This document shows, piece by piece, positions 37,340-41,507 of a DNA stretch of 41,507 nt. The notes beneath the pieces are model-generated. The model searched no databases, was not told the DNA's origin, and saw nothing but the letters and a program-made list of their open reading frames with translations. The position numbers and the translations under genes were made by a program. Origin of the DNA: Nemertoderma westbladi. Lineage: Eukaryota > Animalia > Xenacoelomorpha. The stretch lies in NCBI GenBank assembly GCA_032718475.1, contig JAUCBJ010004352.1, positions 1-41,507 on the forward strand, written 5' to 3'. Position 1 is the stretch's first letter, and every line of letters starts with the position of its first letter.

Positions 37340-37950
37340 GAAACTCAGATCGACCTGGAAATCAAGTATAATTAATATTATCTACAAAGGTAGAGGTGCC
37401 GTCACAAACACGGATAATTACCGTGGTATTGCCCTTATCTGTGTGTCTCTCAAAATCTTAACCCCACTGATTAATTAATAAACGGACAGGTCATCGCTCA
37501 TTACCTCCCACGAGAACAATTTGGCTTTCTCCCTGGCATATTATCAAAAGAAGCAATCTCTAACTTATCAAGGACATATCCTTTGGTTTCCAATCCCCTT
37601 CTAGGCAGCAACATGTAATATATGCAGCATTCATTAATTTAAAAGCCTTTGACATGGTCTCCTGTGCTAAACTTATTTAAAAACTTTACTCCGCTGGTAC
37701 CAGAGGAAAGTTATATATTCAATAATCTAATAAAGGAGCTGCTCAACAACAGTTTCCAAGTGTTCGACGGAGCTTGCTTCCTCGTTATTTACTCAAACAA
37801 CGAGGACGACATACAAAAGCCTGTTTCAACGCACTCCATGGCTGGTGCCTCTCCAACAGGATGGAAGTTAACTTGGTCAAAACAAAGGTAAGTAAATTTC
37901 GTAAAGGAGGCCACCTTGCCACCAATGACAAATTCACTTACGGGGGAGAG
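37340..37950 (+). mobile_element. L2/CR1-group LINE RT fragment, degenerate
   Basis: W..SILNIIYKGRG...DNYRGIAL...LKILT; QFGF; AAFI.LKAFD; WCLSNRMEVNLVKTKV..FRKGG. Confidence 0.75.
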
Positions 37951-38035
37951 GGGGGGGGGATGTTGTGTGCCTTATCGGATATACCAACGCGAACACGAGC
38001 ATAACTTTCGCAATGAAGGGTACAAACGTGATCTA

Positions 38036-41000
38036 CACGGAAGGACAAATGTATCATACCATTGGAGGCAATCTTTTTATTTATAAAACGATAGATATGG
38101 ATGACGGAAAACTGCTGCTAAATTTTTTTCCAAATCTGTCGTGCCGTTTTTGAGATATAGCATTTTATATTACGCTCCCATGGCCTACTACAGTATATAT
38201 AGACAGCCTAATAAGCTGCATTTTGAGGCCATTCAAAAAGAGACCAGTTTTTTTTACAACAACTTGATATTTTGATGTAATTCTTTAATTTGACAGAATT
38301 GAAGTATTCTCGTTAAGCAAGATACTAAATTATATGGTAGCTAGTGTTTTAGGTAGGTTTAGCTAGCAATTTCAACACTGGTTCCGACATCCTACTTTCT
38401 TCTCTAATTATTTTGTAGTAGCTAGTTCTTATTCTTCAGACTTAGTCTGCGTGCTAGCAGAACAGCTAAATCTGCCTTGCCGCGACATGACTGGTCCTGT
38501 TATGATTTCTAGTTACTTTCTAAGATAGGTAGGTACATTTGGAGAGGAATTATGAACAATTTCCATTTGAAAAAAATAATTGCAGTGGACTGGACAACCA
38601 CTAAAATCAAACTCTCTATATACAGTATATCCTTTAAACATCGGTTTGCTGAACTTACACTAAACCAATCAATTCGATGAGTATTTTCTATTCCACTTTT
38701 AAGTGAGGAAATACCAATACGGAATATTATTTAGCAACCTGATACAATAATATCGAAATCTGCTTTGCCGCGGCATGACTGGTCCTCTCTGTTGCAACAG
38801 CCAAGTGTGAGATGCAGCTTCACATTACAGGTGAGCAACAGGTATGAGGTTCTTGCCTCTGGGGCGGCAGATCACTGTGAGGGCTATACTGCCTTCACAG
38901 AGGCAGTTAAGTTAGCAGCTGCAGAAACAGTTCCTGTATACCCTCGAAACAGGAAACGGGCCCCCTGGACTGACAACAAAATTCAGAAGTGCCGAAATGA
39001 CCTTCATAAGGCGCAGAAAGAGTCCCGACTCAAACAGACTACAGCGGCCAAGAATGCAGTTAAGGCTGCATCTAGGTCCCTGAACAGGCAGTACTCTGTT
39101 AATCTACAAGAGCTAATAAACCAACAGGTTGATGCCATCAATGATGCTGACGACAGCAGGCAATCATCCCAGGCATGGAAATCGATCAACTTGCTTACTG
39201 GGCTGAAAAGCCAACCAAGGTTAAGGCTGTATCACCAGCCGATCGCCTCAATGGTTGGAAAGCCCACTTTGAAAAGCTCCTCAATAATGACAGGGTATTG
39301 CCTGATAACTTTATAGAAGTAAAAGTGTCTGAGTCTGTACTCCCAGATATTCCCATTGGCGATATCTCCTTTGCAGAAGTGAAGGCTGCTGCAAAGAGCA
39401 TTAAGACCAATCGTGCCAGTGGAGTAGATGGTGTTCCCCCTGAGGTCTTTAAAATACCTGAGTGTTTAAATCTCATCTATCCCATCATAGTAGACATGTA
39501 GCGAACAACAAGAGTCCCACAAGAAATGAAAACAAATAAGTTGGTGCCAGTTCCCAAGAAGGGCAACCTAACACTCTATGGTTCTTTTCGGGGAATCTCA
39601 TTGATCTCGATTGCTGCAAAGCTATACAATAGGATTCTATTAAATCGCATCAGGAATCCCATTGAGAGACTGCTCCGTGGAAATCAGAATGGGTTCCGTA
39701 AAGGTCATGGTACCATGGAGCCTATTTTGGCACTTAGAAGGATAATTGAAGAATTATCAAAAAAGAAAGACAGGCATCTGGCTGTTATCTTTGTTGACTT
39801 CTTCAAGGCCTTTGATTCAGTCTCTCACTCACGTATGTTCAGCATACTTTCATTATATGGGATTCCTGATGAAATTATTGCAGCAATAAGATCAGTATAT
39901 GATGGCTCGACAACATTTGGGTCTACTGTTGACGGTGACACAGAACCATTTGAAGTGTTATGGGGCGTCCTCCAAGGAGACACACTTGCACCATTCTTGT
40001 TCATTATTGTGGTTGACTATGTTCTACACATGTCCTTAGATCATCATAATGATGATGGGGTGATGATAACTACACCTACTGGCTCCAGAAGTCGAGGAAA
40101 TCCTGCCAAGTACCTAACTGATCTAGACTTTGCTGATGACTTAGGAGTACTCTCAGAATCACTAGAGGGAGCCCAACGGCTCCTCAGCTCATTAGAACAT
40201 GCTGCTTCTAGTGTTGGTCTTTTTATTAACTCCAAAAAGACCAAAATGTTGACAGTAAACTTTGAAAGTCCTCAGCAAGACTCTGACCGAATGAGTATAA
40301 GTTCAAGGGATGATGGTATGCTTGAGCATGTGGACGACTTCTGTTACCTGGGATCATGGATCCGGTAGTCAGGTGATGCTTTGAATAGTAAAGGAATGGC
40401 ATGGGCAGCCTTGAATAGGCTTTCCAGGATTTGGAAGTCACATAGAATTCATCGGAAACTTAAGGTCCGATTATTTAGAGCAGCAGTAGTTCCAGCACTC
40501 CTCTATGGGAGTCCATGCTGGGCTCTAACTGCTGAGGACACCAAATCTCTGGATGACACATTCACAAGAATGCTACGCCGGGTTCATTGTGTCAAGTACA
40601 ATGCACACATCTCCAACCAGACACTATATAACATTGGAGGTGTCTCATTGGTTCCCCCAAGCTTGACACTAGAACAAATTCGCCTCCGCTTTGCAGGAGA
40701 TTACTTTCGCATTGAGGACCAGACAGTGCATAATCTTGTGCTTTGGTTGCGCAGCATTCTTAAAAATGCAGCTGCAATGCAGCATGCCTATCCTAGTAGT
40801 AGTAGTAGTAGTAGTTCTTATTAGTATTTGTATAGAAAATGGTCCAGAACATGTTAGCTATTCAGTTAAAAAATTTTTTTTAGTGATTTTAAACACGTTT
40901 TAGAACGATGCCATGCGTTTTAAATATAATCCAGATTTTTATAAAAAAATTTTCTAGAACAAAAAATATTTGTTCTAGAACATTTAATTTTTTTTAATGA

Positions 41001-41451
41001 ATAGCTAACATGTTCTGGAACATTTTCTATACGAATAGTAATAAGAACTAGCTACTACAAGATATTTATAGAAGGAAATAGGATGTCGGAACCAGTGTCA
41101 AAATTACTAGCTAAAGCTACCTAAAACACTAGCTACCATATAATTTAGTATCTTGCTTCAAGAGGAGACTTCAATTCAGTCAAATTAAAGAATTATATCA
41201 AAATATCAAATTGTTGTAAAAAAAACTGGTATATTTTTGAATGGCCTCAAAATGCAGCTTATAAGGCCGTGTATATATAGTAGGCCATGGCATGGGAGCG
41301 TTATATGTTATATAAAGTGCTATACCGGTATCTCAAAAACCGCACGACAGATTTTAAAAATATTTTAACAGTGACGTTATTACACCAATACCTATTGATT
41401 AAAAAAATAAAAAGATTGCCTCCAGGGGTATGATACATTTGTCCTTCCGTG
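38036..41451. mobile_element. Foldback/MITE-like DNA transposon (~1.03 kb without its insert), CAC-terminus, TA flanks
   Basis: TA|CACGGAAGGACAAATGTATCATACC ... GGTATGATACATTTGTCCTTCCGTG|TA; arms 38036-38433 plus 40823-40880 versus ~40985-41451 are diverged reverse complements. Confidence 0.85.
38434..40811 (+). mobile_element. 5'-truncated RTE LINE (family B) with inactivated RT, inserted into the left arm of the foldback element
   Basis: RLSLR...PRHDWS, VPVPKKG..FRGISL, QNGFR, FVDFFKAFDS, GVLQGDTLAPFLF, LDFADD, FCYLGS; frameshift and stops; (TAG)n tail; TSD TAGTTCTTATT at 38423-38433 and 40812-40822. Confidence 0.95.
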
Positions 41452-41507
41452 TATATTTAGTATTCCATGTTGCATACATACATTCGAACTACAGTTTGGA
41501 AATTTAG

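Overview
Repeat-rich eukaryotic (probably invertebrate metazoan) DNA, AT-rich and built mostly of nested transposons and satellites. There are no prokaryotic features, CRISPR arrays, rRNA or tRNA. Main components: (1) a decayed CRE-like non-LTR retrotransposon (minus strand, ~6.8-12.5 kb) with an N-terminal Ulp1-like protease, interrupted by two RTE fragments and a 2.66-kb TIR element; (2) a 122-bp and a very homogeneous 50-bp tandem array, the latter producing all the long ORFs as artefacts; (3) a candidate host gene for a secreted 8-Cys helical-hairpin peptide (23176-23535); (4) a young 7.7-kb BEL/Pao-derived LTR element with apparently identical 534-bp LTRs and a GGGGA TSD, encoding only gag (one frame, one internal TGA), with pol replaced by an array of small hairpins and a non-tRNA PBS complementary to its own LTR (possible self-priming); (5) a Penelope GIY-YIG fragment with an inverted copy and a minimal hammerhead ribozyme; (6) a ~1-kb foldback MITE carrying a 2.4-kb RTE insertion; plus remnants of L2/CR1 LINEs, a MULE transposase and an alpha-kinase. 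All family assignments come from motifs read by eye, not from database searches.
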